DNA from: an uncultured Gammaproteobacteria bacterium
Lineage (GTDB): Bacteria; Patescibacteriota; Microgenomatia; Levybacterales; GWA1-39-11
Assembly: GCA_964640435.1 (NCBI GenBank)
Contig: CAZXFJ010000003.1
Location: 1 to 63,415 of the forward strand
Direction of reading: 5' to 3'
Length of the DNA: 63,415 nt
Shown: piece by piece, positions 26,606-36,146 of the stretch
How positions within the stretch are numbered: position 1 is the first letter of the stretch
Layout: each line of letters begins with the position of its first letter
Notes under the pieces: generated by a model
Database searches by the model: none
What the model was told of the DNA's origin: nothing
Seen by the model: only the letters and a program-made list of their open reading frames with translations
Made by a program: the position numbers and the translations under genes

Positions 26606-26720
26606 AAATTGTACTTTTGCCAGAAGCTTTCCTCGCGTGCTAGACGCGGAGAATAAACTTATTAATTGCAAAAGCTTTCATGTATAAAATGATGGTATCA
26701 CTCCTGAAATTGCTTGTCAA
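26606..26720 (-). promoter_or_regulatory. Candidate attenuator leader: promoter-like TTGACA-17-TACCAT, 13-codon ORF, alternative hairpins
   Basis: GCGAGGAAA (26636-26628) is perfectly complementary to UUUCCUCGC (26608-26600), which includes the 5' arm of the terminator. An upstream CGCGU/ACGCG hairpin competes with it. The ORF MKAFAINKFILRV (26681-26640) stops in that hairpin loop. Confidence 0.4.
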
Positions 26721-26764
26721 GTAATTGTGTTAAAGCTAGAAAAATGAGGTATAATAGCTTGAGA

Positions 26765-28114
26765 ATGAAAAGAGTTACGGCTTTATCTTGTAATGAAAAA
26801 ATTGGAGAAAAAGTTGTTTTAGAGGGTTGGGTAGAGAGAGTCAGAACCCACGGTAAAATATCCTTTTTTGATCTGCGTGACCGATCTAGCGTAATCCAAG
26901 TTGCAGCATTTGACGATCAAGCAACAGAGGTTGCAAAGCTAAATATTCAAGATGTTGTTCGGATTGAGGGTGAGGTAAAGGCTCGTGGAGAAAAATATGA
27001 AAATCCTGAACTTGAGACAGGAAAAGTAGAGGTGAAACTTTCTTCTGTTGAAACAATTGCAAAGGCAATGGAAATGCCTTTTGATATGGGTGGTAAAGAG
27101 CTTAATCTGGAACTTCCTACCCTTCTCGATTTTAGAACCCTATCTTTGAGACATCAAAGTGTACGCCCCATTTTTAAAATACAGCAAGCAATAGTGGAAG
27201 GCTTTAGAAAAGCTGCTGAAGAGCTTGAATGTACTGAGATTTTTACTCCAACTATTTCATATTCTTCAACAGAAGGTGGAGCAGAAGTTTTCCCGATTGA
27301 TTATTACGGTCACAAGGCATTTCTTATCCAAAGTCCTCAGCTTTACAAGCAGATGATGGTTCCTACTTTTGAAAGAGTATATTTAATGTCTCATGCATAT
27401 CGTGCTGAACCGTCTGTGACAACAAGACATTTATCTGAAAGCACACAGATGGATTGTGAATTAGGATTTATGACCTTTGAAGAATTAATGGATTCACTCG
27501 AGCATGTTGGTTCAAAAACTGTTAAGCATGCTGCTGAAAAATATCCTGAAATATTAAAAATATTTGGCGTAGAAGCTCCCAAAATTCCAAATAAAATTCC
27601 AAGACTTAAAATGCGTGAGGCACAAGAAATAATATTTAAAGAAACTGGACGCGATGTAAGAAGTGAGAAGGATTTAGGACCTGAGGACGAAAAGGATATT
27701 TGTGCATGGGCACTTAAAAATCATGGATCAGATTTTGTAACAATCACCCACTTTCCAACAAAAAAACGCGCTTTTTATACTATGCCTGATCCAGAAGATC
27801 CAGAATATTCTCTAAGTTATGACCTTCTTTTTAGGGGCATAGAGATTTTATCAGGAAGTAAGCGTATAGATAATTTTGACGATTTGCTAAAAGTAATTAA
27901 TGAAAGAGGAATGGATTCTGCCGGTTTCGAAATGTACCTGCAGGCATTTAAATATGGTATGCCTCCTCATGGTGGATTTTCGTTTGGACTTGAAAGAATG
28001 ACAATGAAAATGTTGGAGCTGGATAATGTGCGTCAGGCAAGCCTTTTCCCAAGAGATATGGAAAGAATTGATCAGAGATTTTCAAAAACCGAAAAAGCCG
28101 AAAAGGATAAATAG
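26765..28114 (+). CDS. aspS: Aspartyl-tRNA synthetase, archaeal/eukaryotic-type class IIb (possibly non-discriminating)
   Basis: An OB-fold N-terminus (GWVERVRTHGKISFFDLRD), class II motifs FRAE-like YRAEPS, and GGFSFGLERM. About 450 aa with no bacterial GAD insertion. ATG 26765 is preferred over TTG 26714. Confidence 0.85.
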   Translation: MKRVTALSCNEKIGEKVVLEGWVERVRTHGKISFFDLRDRSSVIQVAAFDDQATEVAKLNIQDVVRIEGEVKARGEKYENPELETGKVEVKLSSVETIAKAMEMPFDMGGKELNLELPTLLDFRTLSLRHQSVRPIFKIQQAIVEGFRKAAEELECTEIFTPTISYSSTEGGAEVFPIDYYGHKAFLIQSPQLYKQMMVPTFERVYLMSHAYRAEPSVTTRHLSESTQMDCELGFMTFEELMDSLEHVGSKTVKHAAEKYPEILKIFGVEAPKIPNKIPRLKMREAQEIIFKETGRDVRSEKDLGPEDEKDICAWALKNHGSDFVTITHFPTKKRAFYTMPDPEDPEYSLSYDLLFRGIEILSGSKRIDNFDDLLKVINERGMDSAGFEMYLQAFKYGMPPHGGFSFGLERMTMKMLELDNVRQASLFPRDMERIDQRFSKTEKAEKDK

Positions 28115-28123
28115 GTTCTCCTC

Positions 28124-29023
28124 ATGAAAATATTGTCAAAAGTACAAATTCTTTTATTACTTTTATCAGTAAATCTTTTTTTACTCTCAGTTATTCTATT
28201 TTTTACATTTCGCTCTTCTCAAAATACGGTTAAGGCATTACCAGATAATTCTAAGAATGTAAGACTATCTCTTGCAGCGAATTTAGCTGATTTAAACGTA
28301 TTATCAAAGGCATATATCATTTATGATCCAGCAGCTAGAGTTATTGTTGCAGGTAAAAATCAGTTTTTAAGATTTTCTCCTGCATCGACTGCAAAAATTA
28401 TGGCCGCAACCATTGCTCTAGAAAATTATCCTCAAGAAAAAATATTAACAGCAAATAATATGAATAAAGTTGAAGGATCAAAAATGAATTTAGTAGAAGG
28501 AGAGCGCATAAGGGTTATAGATCTTCTGTATGGAATGATGCTTCCATCCGGAAACGATGCGGCATTTACTATCGCTGAAAACTTTGATGGAGGAGTCAAT
28601 AATTTTGTTTATCTAATGAATAAAAAAGCTAAAGATCTTAATATGGATAATACGAAGTTTTTTGATTCAGACGGGTATGACGATAAAAATTATACGACAG
28701 CATTTGATTTAGCAAGGTTGGGGGCTTATGCAATGCAAAATCCTACATTCTCAAAAATAGTTGATACAAGAAGCAAGATTGTTACAGATGAATCAGGTGA
28801 AATAGAGCATAGGCTTAATAATCTAAATGAACTACTTAATATACCAGAGGTAAATGGTATCAAAACAGGATTTACTAATGAAGCAGGTGGAGTTTTGGTA
28901 ACATCTATAAAACACATCAATAAAAATTATATTATTGTTGTGTTAAATACTCCTGATAGATTTGGGGATACTGAAAATTTAATTAGATCTGCGGTTCAAA
29001 AGTTAAAGTTAGTTACTTACTGA
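28124..29023 (+). CDS. D-alanyl-D-alanine carboxypeptidase (S11, PBP5/6-like)
   Basis: SxxK (PASTAKIM), SxN (PSGNDAA) and KTG (IKTGFT) boxes, plus an N-terminal TM helix. Confidence 0.85.
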   Translation: MKILSKVQILLLLLSVNLFLLSVILFFTFRSSQNTVKALPDNSKNVRLSLAANLADLNVLSKAYIIYDPAARVIVAGKNQFLRFSPASTAKIMAATIALENYPQEKILTANNMNKVEGSKMNLVEGERIRVIDLLYGMMLPSGNDAAFTIAENFDGGVNNFVYLMNKKAKDLNMDNTKFFDSDGYDDKNYTTAFDLARLGAYAMQNPTFSKIVDTRSKIVTDESGEIEHRLNNLNELLNIPEVNGIKTGFTNEAGGVLVTSIKHINKNYIIVVLNTPDRFGDTENLIRSAVQKLKLVTY

Positions 29024-30049
29024 TTAATTTGCAACAGCCTGAACATAAGCAGTAAAGTCTTTTCCAGTAAATACAATAATTGGAACAGTATATTCCTGTT
29101 CTGAGTCTCCTAAGTAATAACCTAATGCGACATCAGTAATATCAACTGTGGAGTTTGAGGTGGTCTTGTTAATAAGTGCGTTTCCTTTTTTAAGATCTTC
29201 AAATGCTTGTTCAGCCGTTTTAATTGGGTAGGTTCCCGAATTGTTTAGATCTGGTACAAGATGTGTAAATTCTGCCTGTTCAAGTGTTGGATAAGCACTG
29301 TCATCACGATAGATAAATGACATGTTTGAGGTGGTAACTCCAGGATAATAAACTTTGATTTTATTGATATCTTTTTGGAATAGTGAAAGTTTCATAAACT
29401 GTGCTTGTCCTTGACTATCAACTGGAACAAGCTGACCCCCTTCAATTCTTAAGTATGTTCCTGTTGAGCGATTTTCATCAAAATCAGATGTATCCTCGTT
29501 AAGTTGATTTAAGTAATTTAATGTGTAGTCATATGCGCCTCGAGTTGTTCCCGTAACTCCTGTTAATGAAGTAGGTGGTTCTTGAGTTAGGAAGTTGGAG
29601 GAAATAACAAAATTATTTGTCATTATGTTGTATTGAATTTGTTGGCCGCTATCATTATTCCACTGATAAACGGACTCGGATATTTTTGTTTCGTTTTGCG
29701 TGAATCCCTGTTGAGAAACACTATTGCGAGAATTAGCAAGAGCGGTAAGAGATGGCTTATCTCTTTTAATCTTATAAACTTTAATTCTGTCTGTTAGAAC
29801 AGGTAGTTCACCTGTTAGGGTATTTATTCTGTATTCGACTCCGCTTACAGGATTTTGAGCTGGAAATGAAACCTCTGGAAGCTTTCCGAATTTAAGATCG
29901 GGTGGGGGTGGAGGAGTAGGGAAGAATAAATCTTTAAACATAGCACCACCCTTAAATACCAAAAATAATAAGATGAGAACAGAAAAAAATCCTGCTGCAA
30001 CCTTTAAAATTATCCTGATCTCCGAATCAATATCAGCAAGTTTTGCCAT
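29024..30049 (-). CDS. Hypothetical membrane-anchored extracytoplasmic protein
   Basis: N-terminal TM helix, a PPPPP linker and a beta-rich ectodomain. No family recognised. Confidence 0.45.
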   Translation of the reverse strand: MAKLADIDSEIRIILKVAAGFFSVLILLFLVFKGGAMFKDLFFPTPPPPPDLKFGKLPEVSFPAQNPVSGVEYRINTLTGELPVLTDRIKVYKIKRDKPSLTALANSRNSVSQQGFTQNETKISESVYQWNNDSGQQIQYNIMTNNFVISSNFLTQEPPTSLTGVTGTTRGAYDYTLNYLNQLNEDTSDFDENRSTGTYLRIEGGQLVPVDSQGQAQFMKLSLFQKDINKIKVYYPGVTTSNMSFIYRDDSAYPTLEQAEFTHLVPDLNNSGTYPIKTAEQAFEDLKKGNALINKTTSNSTVDITDVALGYYLGDSEQEYTVPIIVFTGKDFTAYVQAVAN

Positions 30050-30106
30050 AGGGGTATATTTGAGTATAGGAAAGTTTGTATGGTAAAATCAAGGTAAGAA
30101 ATTATA

Positions 30107-31321
30107 ATGACAAATAAAGTTCGTGTACGTTATGCCCCAAGTCCTACAGGTATACCACATGTAGGAAATATTAGAACAGCTCTCTTTGACTATTTTTATG
30201 CAAAGTCTAAGGATGGGGTTTTTATATTACGTCTTGAAGATACTGATCAGGCAAGAATAGTAGCTGGGGCGGAAGAGGCAATAAAAGAAAGTCTTTCTTG
30301 GCTTGGTGCAACATGGGATGAATTTGTTGTTCAGTCACAAAGACTCTCCGAATATAAAAAATATGCTGATGAGCTCGTGTCAAAGGGGCTCGCAAAAGAA
30401 GAGGAGGGAGCAGTTCGATTTATTGTTCCTGATGGGGAAACAATTTCTTGGGTTGATGCAATTGGTGGAAAAACAATCTCATATAACTCAAATGATATTG
30501 AGGACTTCATCATCCTTAAAAAAGATGGATTCCCAACATATCATCTAGCAAATGTAATAGACGATCACTTAATGGATATAACCCATGTTATTCGTGGAGA
30601 AGACTGGATACCCTCAGCGCCCAAACACATAATGCTTTACAAAGCTTTAGGTTGGGATGTTCCAGTTTTTGCTCATGTACCAAATGTCTTAGGGGAAGAT
30701 AGGAAAAAACTATCTAAAAGAAAAGGCGCTAAAAGTGTTTTAGACTTTAAAAATGAAGGATATCTTCCTGAGGCATTACTTAATTATCTTATGCTTCTTG
30801 GATGGTCTCCAAAAGATGACCGTGAGGTTTTAAGCCGTGATGAAATAGTTAAAGATTTTTCACTTGAAAAAGTAAATGTTGCTCCTGCTATTTTTGATTC
30901 TCGAAAGTTATTGTGGATTAATGGAGAATATATAAGATCAATCGACAACTTAGAGCTTAAAAATAAAATTCTAGAGTTTAATCCACTTTTTAAGACGCTC
31001 GATCAAGATTTAATTGATAAGTTTGTTGAGCCAGCAAAAACAAGAATGAAAACTCTAGCAGACTTTGACGTACTTGTCTCTCCGTTTATTAGTGGAGAAA
31101 AAACTCCTCATTCAGAATTAAAATCAAAGATTAAAAATAGATTGTCAGAAATTTCATGGAATAAAGATGAAATTTTAAACACTCTAAAAAAAATAATGGA
31201 AGAAGAGCAAATAAAGCTTCCAGATATTTATGAAGCAATAATTGGTGTCCGTCAGGGATTATCTTTACCGGACGCCTTTGAGATTTTAGGAAAAGATAAA
31301 ACCTTAGAGCTTATTTCTTAA
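30107..31321 (+). CDS. gltX: Glutamyl-tRNA synthetase (short, 404 aa)
   Basis: A HIGH-type motif (PSPTGIPHVGNIRTAL), KLSKR (KMSKS) and GEDWI are present. The C-terminal anticodon-binding region is shorter than in typical bacterial GluRS. Confidence 0.9.
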   Translation: MTNKVRVRYAPSPTGIPHVGNIRTALFDYFYAKSKDGVFILRLEDTDQARIVAGAEEAIKESLSWLGATWDEFVVQSQRLSEYKKYADELVSKGLAKEEEGAVRFIVPDGETISWVDAIGGKTISYNSNDIEDFIILKKDGFPTYHLANVIDDHLMDITHVIRGEDWIPSAPKHIMLYKALGWDVPVFAHVPNVLGEDRKKLSKRKGAKSVLDFKNEGYLPEALLNYLMLLGWSPKDDREVLSRDEIVKDFSLEKVNVAPAIFDSRKLLWINGEYIRSIDNLELKNKILEFNPLFKTLDQDLIDKFVEPAKTRMKTLADFDVLVSPFISGEKTPHSELKSKIKNRLSEISWNKDEILNTLKKIMEEEQIKLPDIYEAIIGVRQGLSLPDAFEILGKDKTLELIS

Positions 31322-31908
31322 TGAAGATTATTACTGCCAAAATTATTTCCAGTGTTTTCAGTCCGCTCGTAATTTCAATTCTCCTCTGTTACGTACTTGT
31401 ATATGCATCACGCCTTGATATTTTCTTTGCGCTCCAGTGGAGTTTCATTTCAATACTATTTGTGTTTATTGTTGGACTGTATGTTGTATATGGGGTAAAA
31501 AAGAAATTTTTTTCTAACTACGATGTTTCTAAAAGAGAAGAGAGACCAAGATTATTTATATTTACAGGCATAATCTGTGTTTTATATTTTATTATCCTTT
31601 ATTTATTTGATGGTCCACGAGTCCTATATATAGGTTTAGGAGGTTTAATACTTGGTACTTTGATTGCTATAGGTGTCAATCAAAAAATAAAAGCCAGTAT
31701 TCATATGGAAGCACTTACTGCATTTGCTACAACGTGCTCGCTTCTCTTTGGTGGAATATTTTGGTATTTATTTTTATTAGTTCCAATCGTTGCATGGTCT
31801 CGACTCACCCTCAGAAGACACAGCCTTTCAGAGGTAATAGTAGGTACAACAATCGGTTTTGTCCTTGTTATTTTTATTTTTACGGTAGTAAAATATTCTA
31901 TTGCATAA
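31321..31908 (+). CDS. PAP2-like membrane phosphatase (tentative)
   Basis: 6 TM helices, with KASIHMEA and WSRLTLRRHSLSEV resembling PAP2 motifs C2/C3. TAATG overlap with gltX. Confidence 0.55.
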   Translation: MKIITAKIISSVFSPLVISILLCYVLVYASRLDIFFALQWSFISILFVFIVGLYVVYGVKKKFFSNYDVSKREERPRLFIFTGIICVLYFIILYLFDGPRVLYIGLGGLILGTLIAIGVNQKIKASIHMEALTAFATTCSLLFGGIFWYLFLLVPIVAWSRLTLRRHSLSEVIVGTTIGFVLVIFIFTVVKYSIA

Positions 31909-31909
31909 T

Positions 31910-32269
31910 ATGGAAGTAAAAAAAAGTTCTATAAATAGTACATTCAAATTTGCTGCGGAAGGAATTGCGCAAGCAATAAAAGATAATAGGAATTTAAAAA
32001 TACACTTGTTAATTGCCATTTTAGTATTGATTGCTTCATTTTATTTTAAAATTACTCGTGAAGAGTTTTTAGCTGTTATAATAATGATTATTTTAGTGAT
32101 AGCTGCCGAAATGATTAATACATCAATTGAGGAGATGGTAGATTTAATTACAACAGAACACAGACTTCAGGCAAAAGCAGCAAAGGATGTAGCAGCAGGT
32201 ATGGTATTAATCGTTGCAATTGGAGCATTCATTGTGGGAACTTATATTTTTCTTCCTTACGTTATTTAA
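31910..32269 (+). CDS. dgkA: Diacylglycerol/undecaprenol kinase DgkA family
   Basis: AAEMINTSIEEMVDLI...AKDVAAGMVL is the DgkA signature; 3 TM helices. ATG 31910 is preferred over TTG 31901. Confidence 0.85.
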   Translation: MEVKKSSINSTFKFAAEGIAQAIKDNRNLKIHLLIAILVLIASFYFKITREEFLAVIIMIILVIAAEMINTSIEEMVDLITTEHRLQAKAAKDVAAGMVLIVAIGAFIVGTYIFLPYVI

Positions 32270-32585
32270 TTTTGCTACCAGCAGCAACCTCACTTGCTGT
32301 AGTGAGTAAAACAGGTGATTCGTCATTTTCAGCAGCCATTATCATCCCTTGTGACTCTAAGCCCATCATCATTCTTGGCTCGAGATTTGATACAAAAATA
32401 TAATTTTTTCCTACTAAATCTTCTGGAGTATACCATTTGGCAATTCCCGACAAAACTTGTCGTGGTGTTTCTTCGCCTAGATCAACAGAAAGTTTTAAAA
32501 GTTTTTCAGATCCCTCTATGGGTTCAGCAGATAATACTTTTCCTACCCTTAGCTCAATTTTTGCAAAATCATCGATTGATATCAT
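32262..32585 (-). CDS. csaA: tRNA-binding OB-fold protein (CsaA/EMAP-II-like)
   Basis: IDDFAKIELRVGKVLSAEPIEGSEKLLKLSVDLGEE..RQVLSGI follows the classic tRNA_bind domain pattern. Confidence 0.8.
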   Translation of the reverse strand: MISIDDFAKIELRVGKVLSAEPIEGSEKLLKLSVDLGEETPRQVLSGIAKWYTPEDLVGKNYIFVSNLEPRMMMGLESQGMIMAAENDESPVLLTTASEVAAGSKIK

Positions 32586-32606
32586 CCCATTATTATACTA
32601 AATACT

Positions 32607-34139
32607 TTATTCCCACTCAATTGTGGCTGGAGGCTTAGTGGTGATATCGTATACAACGCGTGAAACTTCTGGTGCCTCACTTGTAATTCTAAAAACTATT
32701 TGTTGCAATATTTCATAAGGAAGCTTTGTCCAATCAGCAGTCATACGATCTCTTGATGTAACAATTCTCAATGCTACTACTTCTCCATAAACTCTCCCAT
32801 CTCCTTTAACAGATGTGCTTTCGGATCCAGTTAGAACTGCAAAAGAATGGAGCACTTTTTCATACCATCCTGTTTTCTTCATTTCGTCAACTATTATCAT
32901 GTCTACTTTCTGTATAAGGCTAAGTCTTTTCTCTGTAACCTCACCAATTATGCGAATTGCATATCCAGGTCCTGGATGAGGTTGTTGATGTATAAATTCA
33001 TCGGGTATTTTAATTTTCTTAGCCATTGTTCTGACTTGATCTGTATATAGGTTTCTTATTGGTTCGATTAGTTGCAGTTTCAAGTCCTTGGGCAATCCTC
33101 CGACATTGTGATGAGATTTGATATTTGCAGAATGTTTACTTCCTTGAGATTCAATAACATCGGAGTATATTGTTCCTTGAACTAGAAATTCAACATTATT
33201 GTATTTTTTACATTCATTATTAAATAGATCGACATATAATTTTCCTATAATTTTTCTTTTTTGTTCAGGGTCCTTTACTCCTTTTAATGCTTTCAAAAAT
33301 TCCTTTTGTTTATATAAGACAATTGGCTTTATTCCTAGTGACTTGAAATACTTAACAACTTGTTCTGTTGTGCCAGCTCTCATAAGCCCCGAATCGACAT
33401 GAATTGGTAGCAACTTTTTCCCGACAGCTTTTGCAACAATTGTTGCAGCAACAGTTGAATCAAGTCCTCCTGACACTGCTGCAATTGCTTTTTTGTTTCC
33501 TATTTTCTCTTTAATATCATTAACAATCTCCTTTATGTTATTCGTATAATCGGTCATGCTTTTTTCTGTCCTAAGACCACAAACTTTTTCTACAAAATTT
33601 TGTAAGATAAGTTCCCCGTGTTCAGTATGTTCAACTTCTGGATGGAACTGAACACCATAAATCTTTTTCTTTTCATTTTGCATTGCAGCAGAAGGAATAG
33701 TTTCTGAATGTGCCACAAGTTCAAATCCATTGGGAGCTTTAACAACTGTATCACCATGGGTCATCCAAATTCTTGAATGGGGTGAAACTCCCTCAAACAA
33801 GATGCAGGATTTATCGATAACGAGCGTTGCGGGTCCATCTTCTCGTACTTTATCTTTTACAGTTTTACCACCTGGTAATAGATACGCTGTTAATTGTTGT
33901 CCATAACAAATTCCAAGAATTGGAATACCAAGATCGAAAACCTTTTTACTTATTGTAGGTGCTTTTTTTTCATAAACTGAAGAAGGCCCGCCAGATAGAA
34001 TAATTCCTTTTGGATTTAGTTCTTTAATCTTTTTAAGTGTTTCCTCGGGTTGAATAATAGCGGCATCAATGCCAAGATCATTTAAGCGTCTTGAAATAAG
34101 GTGGGCAGTCTGTGAACCAAAATCTACTACTATAATCAT
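32607..34139 (-). CDS. guaA: GMP synthase (glutamine-hydrolysing)
   Basis: GATase (GICYGQQ, HPE), ATP-PPase SGGLDS and the C-terminal dimerisation domain ending in PPATIEWE. Confidence 0.95.
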   Translation of the reverse strand: MIIVVDFGSQTAHLISRRLNDLGIDAAIIQPEETLKKIKELNPKGIILSGGPSSVYEKKAPTISKKVFDLGIPILGICYGQQLTAYLLPGGKTVKDKVREDGPATLVIDKSCILFEGVSPHSRIWMTHGDTVVKAPNGFELVAHSETIPSAAMQNEKKKIYGVQFHPEVEHTEHGELILQNFVEKVCGLRTEKSMTDYTNNIKEIVNDIKEKIGNKKAIAAVSGGLDSTVAATIVAKAVGKKLLPIHVDSGLMRAGTTEQVVKYFKSLGIKPIVLYKQKEFLKALKGVKDPEQKRKIIGKLYVDLFNNECKKYNNVEFLVQGTIYSDVIESQGSKHSANIKSHHNVGGLPKDLKLQLIEPIRNLYTDQVRTMAKKIKIPDEFIHQQPHPGPGYAIRIIGEVTEKRLSLIQKVDMIIVDEMKKTGWYEKVLHSFAVLTGSESTSVKGDGRVYGEVVALRIVTSRDRMTADWTKLPYEILQQIVFRITSEAPEVSRVVYDITTKPPATIEWE

Positions 34140-34140
34140 G

Positions 34141-35283
34141 TTAACTATAACTTTTACCTGCGTTTGTTACTAAAATGTCATGAGGATGAGACTCCATAAG
34201 AGATGCTTGAGTTATTTGGATAAATTGTGCTGTTTTGTGAAATGACTGAATGTCTTTTGCTCCACAATAATAAAAGCCAGATTTTATTCCCCCAATGGCT
34301 AGATCTATAACTTCTTCAACAGTACCTCTAACAGGCACAAGCCCTTCAACTCCTTCCGCAACAAGTGTTCTGTCCTTATAGCTTTTGCCATGAAATTCTC
34401 CTTCAGATTTTGTTCTTGCTCCTTTTTTCATAGCACCTTCAGAACCCATACCTCGATATTCCTTAAACCAATAGCTTTTACCATGGTTAAAAATACTTTT
34501 AAATCGATGTGGAATTTCAGATGGTCCTAGTCTCACTTTTTTACCGGGCGACTCAAGAGTAGAAGCAAAAAAACTTCCCATCATAACAGTTGATGCACCA
34601 GCAGCAATTGCTTTTGCCATGTCTCCAGAATTTGTCATTCCCCCATCAGCAATAATAGGTACTTTTGTTTTTTTAGCTGCTCTTACAGTTTCAAATAGTG
34701 CTGTGATTTGAGGTACACCCATTCCAGATATCACCCGGGTTGTGCATATTGCCCCTGGTCCCATTCCAACACGTATTGCATCAGCGCCTGCTGCAATTAA
34801 GCCTTCTGTTGCATCAAATGTGGCAACATTTCCTGCAATAACTTGTAGAGAGGAATATGATTTTTTAATTTCCCTTAAAGTTTTTATTTGAATGTTTGTC
34901 CACCCATGCGCTGAGTCTAATACTATTACATCCACACCTGCTTTAATAAGAGCGGAAAGTCTTGCTTCATATCCCTCATTTGGTCCGATAGCTGCACCCA
35001 CTAGAAGTTTTTTAAATTTAACTTTCTTTACTTCGTCAGCCTGTTTTTCTGGGGATAAATTTCTGTGAATTATTCCGATACCTCCAACTCTAGCCAGAGC
35101 TATTGCAAGACCAGACTCAGTAACGGTATCCATAGGCGCCGAGACAAAAGGAATTTGAAGTTTAATTTTTTTTGTTAAATTTGTTTCAAGAGAAATTTCA
35201 GAGCGGGAAAAGTCAGAGTAGCCGGGAAGAAGTAAGACGTCGTTAAAAGTTAATGCGGAAGGTAGGGATTTGGATGCCTCCAT
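34141..35283 (-). CDS. guaB: IMP dehydrogenase lacking the CBS/Bateman subdomain
   Basis: [11 protein letters not shown], catalytic [12 protein letters not shown] and GGMTNSGD are present. The sequence runs from [16 protein letters not shown] straight into LLVGAAIG with no CBS pair. ATG 35283 is preferred over 35298. Confidence 0.8.
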   Translation of the reverse strand: MEASKSLPSALTFNDVLLLPGYSDFSRSEISLETNLTKKIKLQIPFVSAPMDTVTESGLAIALARVGGIGIIHRNLSPEKQADEVKKVKFKKLLVGAAIGPNEGYEARLSALIKAGVDVIVLDSAHGWTNIQIKTLREIKKSYSSLQVIAGNVATFDATEGLIAAGADAIRVGMGPGAICTTRVISGMGVPQITALFETVRAAKKTKVPIIADGGMTNSGDMAKAIAAGASTVMMGSFFASTLESPGKKVRLGPSEIPHRFKSIFNHGKSYWFKEYRGMGSEGAMKKGARTKSEGEFHGKSYKDRTLVAEGVEGLVPVRGTVEEVIDLAIGGIKSGFYYCGAKDIQSFHKTAQFIQITQASLMESHPHDILVTNAGKSYS

Positions 35284-35336
35284 GATTAAAAATATCAAAA
35301 CTTATGGATTATGTCAATAATCCAATCTGTTCTGAT

Positions 35337-36008
35337 TTATTTTTTTCCAAATATTACATCAACTGCCGTACCAGAAACAGAAATTCCTACATGACTCCAA
35401 GTTCTATCAAGTTGGTTATCATTGTGAGGTGCATCACCAGCAAATACCCATTCAACTAAATGAACACCAGCCATTTTGTAGCCGTATGATGAATTTTCAC
35501 CTAGTGCTTGAAAGCCTAAGTTTCTAATATTGTCTGAATTTTTAAAATACTCATTAAATCCAGTATGATTATCAAGGCCTTTTATAGAAATAAAAGTGGT
35601 AACTCTTTTCTTTGCAAAATCGGCAAGATTTTGATCCCAGACAAGAACAGTTGAACCATGTTGTTTTCGATAATTATTTAGAGCTGCAAATACTTCATCG
35701 GGAGTAGCCATGTTTTTATCATTCCCGACCTGCATAGTCCATGTATTTTCGTCAACTTGTCTTGCGATGCCCCACGATCCTATTGAGGATTGGGGTTCTA
35801 CTTGAGTAGATGCTGTTGCATTATTTTCTTCAAACAATGGAATAACCTCCTCCTGGTCACTTATTTCATTTTGAGCTTTAACTAGAAGCTTTTCTGAAAT
35901 CCCAGCAAGATTGAATGAGAAAATCGCCGCAACATATAAAGTTAAAAAGAAAATAATCAAAAATACGTGCGACACTTTCGATATTTTGAATTTATATACT
36001 CGTTTCAT
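35337..36008 (-). CDS. Secreted CAP/SCP-like domain protein (tentative)
   Basis: N-terminal TM/signal segment. The C-terminal ALNNYRKQHG...GENSSYG...W...HNDNQL...THVGISV loosely fits a CAP domain. Confidence 0.45.
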   Translation of the reverse strand: MKRVYKFKISKVSHVFLIIFFLTLYVAAIFSFNLAGISEKLLVKAQNEISDQEEVIPLFEENNATASTQVEPQSSIGSWGIARQVDENTWTMQVGNDKNMATPDEVFAALNNYRKQHGSTVLVWDQNLADFAKKRVTTFISIKGLDNHTGFNEYFKNSDNIRNLGFQALGENSSYGYKMAGVHLVEWVFAGDAPHNDNQLDRTWSHVGISVSGTAVDVIFGKK

Positions 36009-36146
36009 AGTTTAGCTTGCTATCATAGCACAAATGGGCACAATAATAAAGCTATAGGATATAAAATAGTGTCAAAAATAGGTATTATTGCGAAATTCTT
36101 ACAATTTTTGATGTTTATGGCTGAATATAGGGTGGGAAGCAGTAGA

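Noticed and set aside
26280-26700. Possible structured RNA gene (RNase P RNA, SRP RNA or tmRNA), suggested by GAGGAAAG and GAUCCGGAAUGAAAG strings and locally higher GC
   Set aside because: The P4 motif GAGGAAAGUCCGGGC is not completed, and there is no matching 3' P4 strand. The SRP GGAA tetraloop context does not pair, and no T-loop or tag ORF for tmRNA is present. The GAGGAAA string is better explained as part of the antiterminator pairing.
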